NCBI GenBank assembly: GCA_014730175.1
Contig: WJIR01000223.1
Location: forward strand, 1 to 48,846
Direction of reading: 5' to 3'
DNA length: 48,846 nucleotides
Origin: Candidatus Zixiibacteriota bacterium
GTDB lineage: Bacteria; Zixibacteria; MSB-5A5; UM-FILTER-46-8
Shown in pieces: positions 33,404-43,251 of this stretch. Position 1 is the stretch's first letter, and every line of letters begins with the position of its first letter. Position numbers and translations under genes: made by a program. The notes beneath the pieces were generated by a model. The model did no database searches. It was not told the origin of the DNA and saw only the letters and a list, made by a program, of their open reading frames with translations.

Positions 33404-34285
33404 ATGAGAAAGATTGCGATTGTATTGATGTTTGTGCTGGCGCCGTCAATTGTCTTAGCGCAAGGAGAATGGAAACTGTCAGGGGATTTATCTCTGAATG
33501 TAACCCAAAATGCATACAGTGATAGCTGGACCGGGGGAGAAGCCGGTACGGTTTCCTGGGTATCGATAGCTAATATGATTGCCGAAAAGCAATTATCGCC
33601 GAAATACCATTGGCGGAACACCGGGAAATTTTCGTTCGGACAAATCCACAATCAGGATCCCGAGACCAACGATTGGGAAAAACCGGAGAAATCTACCGAT
33701 AAGATCGATATCGAATCGGTTTTGAAAATGACGTTGGGTGCGGTGGTGGATCCGTATGTTGCTTTCAGATTGGAAAGCCAGTTCCTGGATAATTCCGTAC
33801 CGGAGGTTAAGAGGTTGATTAATCCGATTCTTTTGACCGAGTCTGCAGGCGCAAGCCGTACATTGTATAAAGAAGAAGAAAGAGGGGAAGTGATTACCCG
33901 CTTGGGTTTGGCAATAAGACAGCGCATCGATAGGACGGTGGTATCTATAGAACCCGAAGAAACCAGCACCGAGACTACTACGGACGGCGGTTTGGAATGG
34001 GTCACCGATGTTAATTATGTAATCACGCCGGAGAAGTTGAGATACGAAAGTAAACTTTCCGTTTTTCAGGCTTTCTTTAACTCCGAATCGGACGAACTCG
34101 AGGGCCAGCCGAATGAAGATTATTGGAAGTCACCAGATCTAAACTGGGAAAACATAATCACCGCCAGTATCAATCAGTATGTACAGGTTTCCCTTTATAC
34201 CCAGTTATTATATGATAAGGAAATCGATAAGAGAGGAAGGTTTAAAGAGACTTTGGCTCTGGGCGTAACATATAAATTATTCTAA
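33404..34285 (+). CDS. DUF3078-like outer-membrane beta-barrel protein
   Basis: Signal peptide; LNVTQNAYSDSWTGGE, KSTDKIDIES, NWENIITASINQY, LLYDKEID; C-terminal LGVTYKLF barrel signature. Confidence 0.8.
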   Translation: MRKIAIVLMFVLAPSIVLAQGEWKLSGDLSLNVTQNAYSDSWTGGEAGTVSWVSIANMIAEKQLSPKYHWRNTGKFSFGQIHNQDPETNDWEKPEKSTDKIDIESVLKMTLGAVVDPYVAFRLESQFLDNSVPEVKRLINPILLTESAGASRTLYKEEERGEVITRLGLAIRQRIDRTVVSIEPEETSTETTTDGGLEWVTDVNYVITPEKLRYESKLSVFQAFFNSESDELEGQPNEDYWKSPDLNWENIITASINQYVQVSLYTQLLYDKEIDKRGRFKETLALGVTYKLF

Positions 34286-34290
34286 TTTTT

Positions 34291-35110
34291 GGGTAGCATT
34301 CCGCAGACAAGAATGTCGGCTCTACTTTCGTCAGGAGGTCGGACATTCTTGTCCGACATAACAAATCCATAGCCGAAGGTTTACGTGCCTATGGCGTGCT
34401 TGTCCTTCGGTGAACATCGGGAGGCGGGACATACATGTCCCACGATGGGCGGCATACTCAAACCTGTCTGGGCATACCCTTATTGTTGTGCCGTCGGGCG
34501 CCCTCACCCGACAGCAATTGAATTCCCTTCTTCAGAGGGGTGGATTCGCCCCGCGAAGCGCGGGAGGAAATCGGGGTGTGTTATATTATCGTGTTGTCCT
34601 CGGATTTCGTGTGCGGCAATCTGGCGCCACGATAGACTCCCTCATTCCCTAACCCCTTCTCCCACTGAATGGGAGAAGGGGAACTGAGTGGAGATCTAAC
34701 AATTCTTAAAATCATTTTTATCCGTCTTTAGTTCCATCTCCCTGAGGAGGGAGAGGGTGTCCCGCGAAGCGCGGGACGGGTGAGGGAGTTTTCCTTCTTT
34801 CCTTCTCCTTGACGAGTGAGAGGGTGGATTCGCCCCGCGTTTCGCGGGGCTAAGACGGGTGAGGGTGTCCCCGCGCGGTAGGTCATTACAATGCCGTCGG
34901 ATGGGGGCACCCGACAGCACGACATACATCAGCGCTGGAGCGCTGATCGGCGGAATTAGCATAACCCTCGGGCTTCACCCCGCGTTCCGCGGGACGAAAC
35001 GATCCGTCTCCAGAGGGGAATAAATCTCGGCAGCAAGCAGCCTACCTACCAGCGGAATCCATGTCAGGGCGTTGTTAACCCTGAGCTATGCGCTTTACGC
35101 GCCTGATGGG
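34291..35110. repeat. Dense mosaic of REP-like palindromic units between convergent genes
   Basis: GTCGGACATTCTTGTCCGAC; family A REP with an insert at 34369-34410; family B units at ~34520-34582, ~34812-34870 and ~34965-35025; CCCCTTCTCCC..GGGAGAAGGGG; GGGAGAGGG..CCCGCGAAGCGCGGG..GGGTGAGGG. Confidence 0.8.
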
Positions 35111-35148
35111 CTTGCAAGCTATAACAGTTTAAAATGTTGGAATTTATT

Positions 35149-37050
35149 TTAATCTTGTAATGCGGAGAGTTTCTCCCGTATTAATTTGCCGGGGATAGCG
35201 CCGCGGAGTCGTCGCATGGCTTCCCCCATCAGAAAACGCTCCCTCTTTTCGGGATCTCTCAGTTGATTCTCTATAGTAATAATTTCGCTGAGGATTGAAT
35301 CGAGTTGCTCTTCGCTGACTGCAGGGACTATTTCATCTATTGCTTCCTGAGGGTCGTAATCTTTCACGCAAATAGCCTTCAGTATATCCAGCGTACTTTC
35401 GCGATGGAATATACCGTCACCGAAAAGTTGCGCTAAAATGAGCAACCTATCGTCAGACAGGTTAATGGCGCCAAAATCCCTGCGATGTAGATAAGTAAAA
35501 TATTCCACAATAACCTGAGCAGCCCACTTTGGATTTCCACTTATCCCGGCCATACGTAGGAAAATCCTGTATCTGGGATTGGTTACGAGATGGTCGATAA
35601 GATAATCAGGCAAACCCATCTCCTTCATGGTAACCCGCCGATCCCAGGGGAGATCCGGCACTATCTCCCTTAAGCTTTCGACTCGTTCTATGTCTATCTC
35701 TATGGGAGGATGATCGGTGTCGGGATACATTCTATCGGGTCCGGGGAGGAGGCGTTCGAAATCGGAATAACGTTCGTTGAGAGCCATATTGCGAGTTTCG
35801 GGCGGGACTCCATGGATGGCTTCCCGACAGCGGATCGCTATTTCTTCTAATGCAGTGTTCACATCTTGACGGGGACCCCAGGTAATAATAGTGGCATCAC
35901 CATCCTCTGCATCGAGGGAGCGACGTATGTCTTCCCATTCTTTATCCGGTATTCCCAATGACATTCTGTTCATGCGATGAGCGATATTGGGCATTTTATC
36001 CAAACATGCTATCACCCGAACACGTCCGGCGATCTCATCTGCAAAAATCCTCTCAGGGAATATATATTTCTCCATCAATCCCCGGAAGCCTTTGATCACA
36101 ATAGCGCTAACCACTCCGCCTTGCTCCACCGCTTGATTGCCGACGAATTCAGGTGAGCGTGCGAGATTTGCTGTCGCATCCGTTGTGGAATACGCGTAAT
36201 TACTGTCGCTGATACCACGCTCCTTTATTTCATCACGCAGATTCAGCAACGCTTTTTGCCTGAGGGCTTCAAAATGCGTTAATGCGGGGATGTGACTAAT
36301 CTTATCCACTCCTTTAATTTCAACACGCGATCCTCCCGCAATGGAAACATTAACATCCTGACGTGCTGCACCGATCCCCCGCCTGACCAACCCGGAGATT
36401 CGATTGGTTTCCGCCAAAAGCCAGGTAACCTCAAAAGCCTCCTGAGGAGAATATAATTCCGCATCGGTTATGACCTCAACTAAAGGGATCGACAATCTGT
36501 CTGTCCGAAAAATAACGTTATGGCCGACGTTATCAACTTCGCGGCAGGAATCCTCCTCGATATTCACCTGCGGGATTTTGATCCTACGGTACTTATATGG
36601 AATCCAGCCATCAGTTCCGATAACCGTAGTGCGTTGAAAACCGGTGGGGATGGAACCATCAAGGTATTGCTTGCGGGATATATGAGCTTCGTCAACAATG
36701 TTGCACTGAAAAAGCAGGGCGAGTCTTATCCCTATCTCAACAGCCTGCTGATTTATTGGAAACGGCGGAGAATCATCGAGCTCATAGGTGCATACACGGT
36801 TGTTCAGGATTTCGTATATTATCTCTTTGCGGGTTTTCTTCTCCATCAGGGCAGTGGGATCGTATTCTCCCATCTCCGAGAGCGTGGGGCGCATGTGGCG
36901 CAGCACCCGTGCATCGGGAGGATCATCGACCAGCCCCACCGGACAATGACAGAATAGTTTTTGTTTAGTATCGAGCTGCTGATGAATCTCAATACCACAA
37001 CGGAATCCGATTCCGGCATAATCGATGTCGTTGGTTTTCCACAAACTCAT
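35149..37050 (-). CDS. gatE: Glu-tRNA(Gln) amidotransferase subunit E (archaeal-type)
   Basis: GIEIHQQL..KLFC.CP, LRHMRPTLSEMGEYD, RKQYLDGSIPTGFQRT, IEEDS, DRLSIPLVEV, RRGIGAARQDVNVSI, GVPPETR and PGPDRMYPDTD. At 633 aa it includes the GatE-specific insertion absent from GatB. Confidence 0.95.
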   Translation of the reverse strand: MSLWKTNDIDYAGIGFRCGIEIHQQLDTKQKLFCHCPVGLVDDPPDARVLRHMRPTLSEMGEYDPTALMEKKTRKEIIYEILNNRVCTYELDDSPPFPINQQAVEIGIRLALLFQCNIVDEAHISRKQYLDGSIPTGFQRTTVIGTDGWIPYKYRRIKIPQVNIEEDSCREVDNVGHNVIFRTDRLSIPLVEVITDAELYSPQEAFEVTWLLAETNRISGLVRRGIGAARQDVNVSIAGGSRVEIKGVDKISHIPALTHFEALRQKALLNLRDEIKERGISDSNYAYSTTDATANLARSPEFVGNQAVEQGGVVSAIVIKGFRGLMEKYIFPERIFADEIAGRVRVIACLDKMPNIAHRMNRMSLGIPDKEWEDIRRSLDAEDGDATIITWGPRQDVNTALEEIAIRCREAIHGVPPETRNMALNERYSDFERLLPGPDRMYPDTDHPPIEIDIERVESLREIVPDLPWDRRVTMKEMGLPDYLIDHLVTNPRYRIFLRMAGISGNPKWAAQVIVEYFTYLHRRDFGAINLSDDRLLILAQLFGDGIFHRESTLDILKAICVKDYDPQEAIDEIVPAVSEEQLDSILSEIITIENQLRDPEKRERFLMGEAMRRLRGAIPGKLIREKLSALQD

Positions 37051-38441
37051 AGCATATAATCCAATAAGAAATCTTTAACTTCTGGTAATCCCCCTTGTAG
37101 CACCAGATAACTGTCGGGTCTTTCTCTTTCCGTTATCTCGCCATTAATAGGAGTCAACATCAGCTTCTTAACCTCTTCTCTGTCTCTGGTCTGCCCCAAT
37201 GCCCAGGCGAGTTTCATATAAGCAGTCTCCGGCAGCATATTGGCTAAAGGTACGATTCCACAGTCCATGAGATAACGACCATTATCATAAACAAACATCT
37301 GCACAAATCCCCAGAGAGTTTGAACCGTCATATATATGTGTACACCTTTACCGATAGCCCAGCGGATAACATTATAGAGGGGGCGATTGATATGACCAAG
37401 TCCGGTGCCTGCGATCACGATACCTTCGTAACCGGCTTCAACTATGGAGCGGATAAGGTTTTCCTGCATGTTGGGGTAGTAATAAAGTATCATAACTTTA
37501 TCGCTGAATGTGGGGATTATTTTGAATTCCTCGTTTGGCGTCGACCGGGGACGATAGTCGCTTCTTAGAGGATTTACTCCCTTCTGAACATCAACAGTTG
37601 CTAACGGTATATCACCGAGCGTACGAAAAGTACTGCGGTACGATGAATGCATTTTACGCACACGTGTCCCACGATGCAGGAGTCCGTACTGGTCTGAAGT
37701 CGGTCCAAACATGCAAACCATAACCTCGGCGATCGGACCGGTGGCGGCTATGGCGGCGTTTATGAGATTGCGGGCGGCATCGGATGAAGGACGATCGCTG
37801 GAACGCTGTGAACCGGCTAATACGATCGGTACCGGAGGATTCTGAATCATGAATGTTAATATCGAAGCTGTGTGATGCATTGTGTCGGTACCATGACCGA
37901 TAATAATGCCATCCGCGCCGTTGTTTATTTCTTTGTAGATGTTTTCGGCGAGTGTTATATATTGCTCCGGTCCCATATCCTCGGAAAAAATCCCGAAGAG
38001 CTTTTTAGTTTTCAAGTTACAAATATCAGCTAATTCGGGAACGGCGCCGAAAAGTTCGCCGGGGGAGAAGGCCGGTATGACCGCTCCGGTGGAATAGTCC
38101 AGACGCGACGCAATGGTACCGCCGGTGCCGAACAGAAATATGTTCGGTTTACTTTCATCGTACGGAAATTCCTGCTCGCGTATTCCGTAATGACCCTCCT
38201 GCCGACCGAGGTATTCTATGGATTTGATACGTGCGGCTTTTACTCCGATATTGTAACCGCTGTCGAGTTTGATAACAATATGCAGCGAATCCGCCATACT
38301 ATTGCGGGGTAATAAAACGCCTTCATAATCGCCGGATTCCGATTCGACCTTGATTCTATCCCAGACGCCGATATTGAATTTAGTTAAGAGTTCCAAGCTA
38401 ACACCACGATAACCGGTCGTGGATTTTTCGCCCGTAGTCAA
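37047..38441 (-). CDS. gatD: Glu-tRNA(Gln) amidotransferase subunit D (archaeal-type)
   Basis: N-terminal GatD barrel (YEGVLLPR..IVIKLDSGYNIG), TGGTIASRLDYSTGAV, HGTDTM, GSQRSSDRPSSDA, RKMHSSYRSTF, GTGLGH and MLPETAYMKL; TTG start; 4-bp overlap with gatE. Confidence 0.95.
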   Translation of the reverse strand: MTTGEKSTTGYRGVSLELLTKFNIGVWDRIKVESESGDYEGVLLPRNSMADSLHIVIKLDSGYNIGVKAARIKSIEYLGRQEGHYGIREQEFPYDESKPNIFLFGTGGTIASRLDYSTGAVIPAFSPGELFGAVPELADICNLKTKKLFGIFSEDMGPEQYITLAENIYKEINNGADGIIIGHGTDTMHHTASILTFMIQNPPVPIVLAGSQRSSDRPSSDAARNLINAAIAATGPIAEVMVCMFGPTSDQYGLLHRGTRVRKMHSSYRSTFRTLGDIPLATVDVQKGVNPLRSDYRPRSTPNEEFKIIPTFSDKVMILYYYPNMQENLIRSIVEAGYEGIVIAGTGLGHINRPLYNVIRWAIGKGVHIYMTVQTLWGFVQMFVYDNGRYLMDCGIVPLANMLPETAYMKLAWALGQTRDREEVKKLMLTPINGEITERERPDSYLVLQGGLPEVKDFLLDYML

Positions 38442-38544
38442 TTGTACACCTGCTCGTTTAACACTATATAATGAGGGTGGTATATCAGAAATACCACCCT
38501 TCCAATCAAAATTCGAAAATGTTAATAAATTACCCGATTACGGT

Positions 38545-39675
38545 CTACTGGAGTACGTAGATCTTTTTCTCAGCGCACATATCTCTGAGAATTTTGGGCC
38601 ATACGGTGACGCTGCACTCACCGAGATGGGCTTTCCTTAATAGATACATATATGTACGCGATTGTCCGATTCCGCCGCCAACCGAAAGTGGAATATCGTT
38701 ATTCATTATCGCCTTATGGTACGGGAAGTCCAGAAAATCGAGCTGTCCGGTTATCTCAAGCTGCTGCTTTAGAGTTTCCGGAGTTACCCTGATCCCCATT
38801 GATGTCAACTCATGACGTCTTCTGGTGACGGGATTCCAGACCAGGATGTCGCCGTTAAGCCCATGCATCAGGCGGCCGTTTTTCTCTATGGTTTCGGTTA
38901 CCCAATCGTCATAGTCCGCGGCGCGCATTTCATGCGGGTATCCATCTTCCAAGACCCAGCCGATACCGATTATGAATACTGCCGGATATTTCTGCAGGAT
39001 TTCGGTCTCCCTCTGCTTACGCGGTAAATCCGGGAACATTTCCAAAATCTCTTCTGCATGCAGGAAAGTGAGTTCCTCGGGGATGTCGGGATACTTGTCG
39101 GTTTTCAGTTTCGGGAAGTTTTCCTGGGCATGAATACCGGCTCCCCGGATAACTTTCCATATCTTCTGTACGATATCCTTCAGGAAATCAAGGTTACGGT
39201 CCTCTTTGACCATTACTTTTTCCCAATCCCACTGGTCAACATAGGAGCTGTGATCGTGGTCAAGGAAATAGTCTTTGCGGACAGCTCTCATGTCCGTATA
39301 AAGCCCTTCGCCGGTCTCCATCCCGAACTGCTTGAGTGCCATCCGTTTCCATTTAGTAGCTGCTTGAACCACCTGTGCATCTATCGGATGTTTATCATGG
39401 TCATTGGAAATATGGAATTCGATAGGAGTTCTGGAACCGTCGCGATCCAGATAATCGTTCACTCCGCTTTCGCGGTCAACGATCAATGGACATTCGACGC
39501 GAATAAGGTTCAGCTCCTTGCACAGATTGTCCTCAATGTAATCCTTAACGCACTTAATAGCTTCTTGCGTTTCCTTGGGATTGAGCAGCGGTTCGTAGTC
39601 AGTCGGTAATATCTTCTCGATATCCTCGTAATTACCTATGCCGGGACCGGCAAGATCAGCTTTTTTATCTGCCAT
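38545..39675 (-). CDS. asnA: Aspartate-ammonia ligase (asparagine synthetase A)
   Basis: [58 protein letters not shown] and [10 protein letters not shown]. Confidence 0.95.
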   Translation of the reverse strand: MADKKADLAGPGIGNYEDIEKILPTDYEPLLNPKETQEAIKCVKDYIEDNLCKELNLIRVECPLIVDRESGVNDYLDRDGSRTPIEFHISNDHDKHPIDAQVVQAATKWKRMALKQFGMETGEGLYTDMRAVRKDYFLDHDHSSYVDQWDWEKVMVKEDRNLDFLKDIVQKIWKVIRGAGIHAQENFPKLKTDKYPDIPEELTFLHAEEILEMFPDLPRKQRETEILQKYPAVFIIGIGWVLEDGYPHEMRAADYDDWVTETIEKNGRLMHGLNGDILVWNPVTRRRHELTSMGIRVTPETLKQQLEITGQLDFLDFPYHKAIMNNDIPLSVGGGIGQSRTYMYLLRKAHLGECSVTVWPKILRDMCAEKKIYVLQ

Positions 39676-39734
39676 GTTTTACCTCATTTAAAGACCGAGC
39701 TTCTTGTTTACGCTATATGTATGAATAATAAAAA

Positions 39735-40700
39735 TCACAATTTTTCTGTCAAAATCGGTAATATCTCCAGAGCGTTACCGACTATTCCCCAGGTGGCAAC
39801 CTTGAAAATCGGCGCATCCGGATCCTTATTAATCGCTACGATATACTTGGAAGACTGCATCCCTGCCAGATGCTGGATTGCGCCGGAAATACCGCAAGCG
39901 ATATACAGCTTAGGATTAACAGTTTTTCCGGTCTGCCCGACCTGACGTTTGTACGGTACCCATTCCGCATCCACAATGGCGCGGGATGCGCCGGCAGCCG
40001 CTCCCAGCTTTTTAGCCAGATCCTCAACCAATTTGTAGTTATCGGCTTCCTTCAGTCCCCTTCCGCCGGAAACGATTATATCCGCTTCGGTTAAAGGAAC
40101 CTCCCCTCCTCCTTCCGAAACCTTCTCAACCACCTTCGCCTTGCTTTCGTACTTGGAGGAATCAAAGGCGAAATCGGCAGCCTCGGCTTCACGGGACAGT
40201 CCCTCTTCCGGAACGAATGCTTTGGGTCTTAGTGTAATAATCTTCACGTTTTCAGTATTGAAGCCGAATTTGAGGATAGCATTTCCACCGTAACCGGGGT
40301 GTTCGACTACGATCTTGTCGCCGTCAAAATTAATTGCGGTGGCATCGGGAATCAGGGCGCCATTGCTGAGCGCAGCCAATCTGCCAAAAAGGGCTTTGCC
40401 GTAGAAAGTTGCGCTTCCGATGACGTGATTAATTGACTCCTGAGATATCATATCGGCGAGAACAGCGCCATATATTTCATCATTATAATGCTTAAGCACG
40501 CTATCCTGGCAGACTAACACTCGATCCGCGCCGCCTTTGCCGCATTCGGAAGCCAGCGCCGAAACGGCATCGCCAAGCAACGCTGCAATTACCTTGGAAC
40601 CGTACTCATCGGCTATTCTACGAGCCTCGGAAAGACATTCGAAACTAAGAGGCGAGAGTTGCCCCTCTTTTACCTCACAAAATACTAATACGTTAGACAC
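39735..40700 (-). CDS. etfA: Electron transfer flavoprotein alpha subunit
   Basis: [44 protein letters not shown] and [11 protein letters not shown]; GTG start. Confidence 0.95.
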   Translation of the reverse strand: MSNVLVFCEVKEGQLSPLSFECLSEARRIADEYGSKVIAALLGDAVSALASECGKGGADRVLVCQDSVLKHYNDEIYGAVLADMISQESINHVIGSATFYGKALFGRLAALSNGALIPDATAINFDGDKIVVEHPGYGGNAILKFGFNTENVKIITLRPKAFVPEEGLSREAEAADFAFDSSKYESKAKVVEKVSEGGGEVPLTEADIIVSGGRGLKEADNYKLVEDLAKKLGAAAGASRAIVDAEWVPYKRQVGQTGKTVNPKLYIACGISGAIQHLAGMQSSKYIVAINKDPDAPIFKVATWGIVGNALEILPILTEKL

Positions 40701-40790
40701 GATATATTCTCCATTCTTTTCAATTCAAAAAGCGAAATAAAATACTATATGATAATGAAGTCAAACGGTTTTCACCTATTTTTGGTCAAA

Positions 40791-40822
40791 TTGTGAAAAA
40801 ATTCTCGTGATAATTTGCACAA
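40791..40822. promoter_or_regulatory. Two overlapping Rex-like operator candidates upstream of etfA
   Basis: TTGTGAAaaaaTTCTCGT (40791-40808) and TCGTGATaattTGCACAA (40805-40822) each match 11 of 14 positions of TTGTGAA-N4-TTCACAA. Confidence 0.4.
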
Positions 40823-40939
40823 AGCGCAAAAACTATCTGTTAAATTTCGATGTTGAAGAAATATGGACTTGTCAACAAGCGGAATATGGTCTAAAATTGG
40901 ATAGCATTATGGTGGAAAATTACTTGCTGGAGATATCTC

Positions 40940-42019
40940 TTGGAAATTTTTAATTCTATTTTTGAGGTGATCAAGCCGCTGATACCAAGCAGCGCGGTTA
41001 TCCTCGGTTTCATATTACTACTGATAATAATCCGGTTTATTGGAGAGCGAAAGTACGCAAGTATAGAAGGATACAAAATAAAGCGACAGATTATTGTACT
41101 CCTACTATCATTTGCAGGATTACTGGCAATAATCATCGCGCTGCCTATTGGAGATTCAATCCGCGGACAATTGCTAAGTCTGATAGGGATTCTTCTCAGC
41201 GCCGCAATTGCGCTTTCCGCAACCACATTTATAGGCAACGTTATGGCCGGGATAATGTTACGGGCTGTAAGAAGCTTTAAGCCAGGCGATTTTATTCGGA
41301 TTGGGGAGCATTTTGGTCGAGTTTCGGATCAAGGATTATTGCATGTGGAAATCCAAACCGAAGAACGAGATCTTACCACTATGCCAAACCTATATCTCGT
41401 CACCAATCCGGTCAAGGTGGTGCATTCTTCCGGTACTTTTATAACCGCTACAGTTTCTTTAGGTTATGATATCCCGCGAAGGAAGGTGCAGGAGCTGCTT
41501 GCTAAAGCCGCAGAAGAAGCGGAACTCGGCGAACCATTTGTAACTATCGTGGATTTGGGCGATTTTTCGGTGACCTATAAGGTAGCAGGATTGCTGGAAG
41601 ATGTTAAGCATTTTATTACGGCAAGGTCTAAATTAAGGGAGAAAATACTGGATGTGCTTCATGAGAATGGAATAGAAATAGTCTCACCTACCTTTATGAA
41701 TACCAGGAGTTTTACCGAACAAAAGAAATTCATACCACATATTGAACGAACGATTTCCGCAGAAGATAAAGAGGAAGTCGAAAGCGAGATAGAAAAACTC
41801 GTTTTTGATAAAGCGGATGAAGCCGCTTCCATGGAGGAGCTTAAATCAAAGCAAAAAGCTGTAACGGATGAAATAGAAAAAATAAAAGAGAAGTTAAAAC
41901 AGGAGAAGGACAAACAGCGGCAGGAGAGACTTAATTCGATGAAAGAGGAGCTGGAAAGAAAACAGGAATGGCTTGGTAAATTAATCAAACATAAGGAAGA
42001 AAACAGCAAGGAATCTTAA
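40940..42019 (+). CDS. MscS-family mechanosensitive channel with a C-terminal coiled coil
   Basis: Three TM helices, GNVMAGIMLR..FKPGDFIRIGEHFGRV, MPN, GIEIVSP, and a long E/K-rich tail. Confidence 0.88.
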   Translation: MEIFNSIFEVIKPLIPSSAVILGFILLLIIIRFIGERKYASIEGYKIKRQIIVLLLSFAGLLAIIIALPIGDSIRGQLLSLIGILLSAAIALSATTFIGNVMAGIMLRAVRSFKPGDFIRIGEHFGRVSDQGLLHVEIQTEERDLTTMPNLYLVTNPVKVVHSSGTFITATVSLGYDIPRRKVQELLAKAAEEAELGEPFVTIVDLGDFSVTYKVAGLLEDVKHFITARSKLREKILDVLHENGIEIVSPTFMNTRSFTEQKKFIPHIERTISAEDKEEVESEIEKLVFDKADEAASMEELKSKQKAVTDEIEKIKEKLKQEKDKQRQERLNSMKEELERKQEWLGKLIKHKEENSKES

Positions 42020-42064
42020 TTTAATCTGATAGCTATCTACGATGTAGAAAACGGAGTACAAAAA

Positions 42065-43147
42065 ATGAATCGATTTTCCAAACAAGGCTCTGAGAAGGTT
42101 GGTTTAAAGCCGGGCGAGATTGTTTATGTTGGTAGAGAAAGAGATGCTAAGACTTTTATAAAAGTAATGGATTATGATGCTACGAACCTGCGGGAGATAG
42201 AATTAACTTCAATCGAAGATTGCTTTGCTTACAGAGACACCGAAAGTGTTAGCTGGATAGATATAAATGGAATCCATGAAGTTGACGTAATAGAAAAACT
42301 CGGCTCGCATTTTGATATCCATCCTTTGATTCTGGAGGATATCGTGAATACCAATCAGCGCCCGAAAATGGAAGAATCGGATGGGATCATATTCGTTGTT
42401 TTGAAAATGCTGCATTCAGAAGAAAAGACGACGACTTTAAGCTCTGAACAGGTAAGTATATTATTCGGTAAGAACCTGGTTATAACACTGCAGGAGCAGG
42501 AAGGCGATGTCTTCGACTATATACGTGAAAGGATCAGAAAAACGATTCCGCGGGTGCGCTTTTTAGGTTCGGATTACCTGGCATACGCAATAGTCGATGC
42601 AATAGTGGATCATTATTTCCTGGTTCTGGAAAACCTCGGCGAACAGATTGAATCGCTGGAGGACAGACTGATTAATCAGCCGGAGAAATCAGACCTTGAT
42701 ATAATTCATGCTTTGAAAAGGGAATTGCTGTTTATGAGGAAAAGCGTCTGGCCCCTGCGGGAGTTAGTGGCAGGATTGGAAAGGTCGGAATCGGATTTAA
42801 TTCATGACTATACTCGTCCCTATATCAGGGATTTATATGAGCATATTATTCAGGTAATCGATAGTATCGAAACCTTCCGCGATATGGTTTCAGGATTACT
42901 GGACCTTTACTTGACAAGCGTCAGCAATCGAATGAACGAAGTAATGAAAGTTCTCACCATCATCGCAACCATCTTCATACCGCTTGGGTTCTTGGCGGGA
43001 GTCTACGGTATGAATTTCAATACCTCTATTAGCCCCTGGAACTTACCCGAGCTGGATTTCAGATTCGGTTATCCCTTGTTTTGGACTATCGTCTTGTTGG
43101 TAGCAGGAGGATTGTTCTGGCTATTTAAAAGAAAAAAATGGTTATAA
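42065..43147 (+). CDS. corA: Magnesium/cobalt transporter CorA
   Basis: HPLILEDI..QRPK, MNEVMKVLTIIATIFIP, YGMNF signature and KRKKWL end. Confidence 0.96.
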   Translation: MNRFSKQGSEKVGLKPGEIVYVGRERDAKTFIKVMDYDATNLREIELTSIEDCFAYRDTESVSWIDINGIHEVDVIEKLGSHFDIHPLILEDIVNTNQRPKMEESDGIIFVVLKMLHSEEKTTTLSSEQVSILFGKNLVITLQEQEGDVFDYIRERIRKTIPRVRFLGSDYLAYAIVDAIVDHYFLVLENLGEQIESLEDRLINQPEKSDLDIIHALKRELLFMRKSVWPLRELVAGLERSESDLIHDYTRPYIRDLYEHIIQVIDSIETFRDMVSGLLDLYLTSVSNRMNEVMKVLTIIATIFIPLGFLAGVYGMNFNTSISPWNLPELDFRFGYPLFWTIVLLVAGGLFWLFKRKKWL

Positions 43148-43251
43148 ATATCTATGCTATCCTACAACTGATTTAACTGATCCGGACTTAAACCGATAAA
43201 TATATAAGTATTTAGCTGCAAACCGCTAATCAGATCTCGGGGCATACCGCT

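Noticed and set aside
34385-34962. Four short ORFs in the repeat mosaic
   Set aside because: They are translations of REP units; similar peptides (PVLAPR.AGRIHPL) appear from the repeat at ~19220.
34291-35110. Possible CRISPR array
   Set aside because: There are no identical direct repeats at regular spacing, the units vary in type and orientation, and no cas genes are present.
35149-37050. Annotating this CDS as gatB and the neighbour as plain asparaginase ansA
   Set aside because: The length, the insertion domain, GatE-specific motifs and the GatD N-terminal barrel with SQRSSDRPSSD all indicate GatDE.
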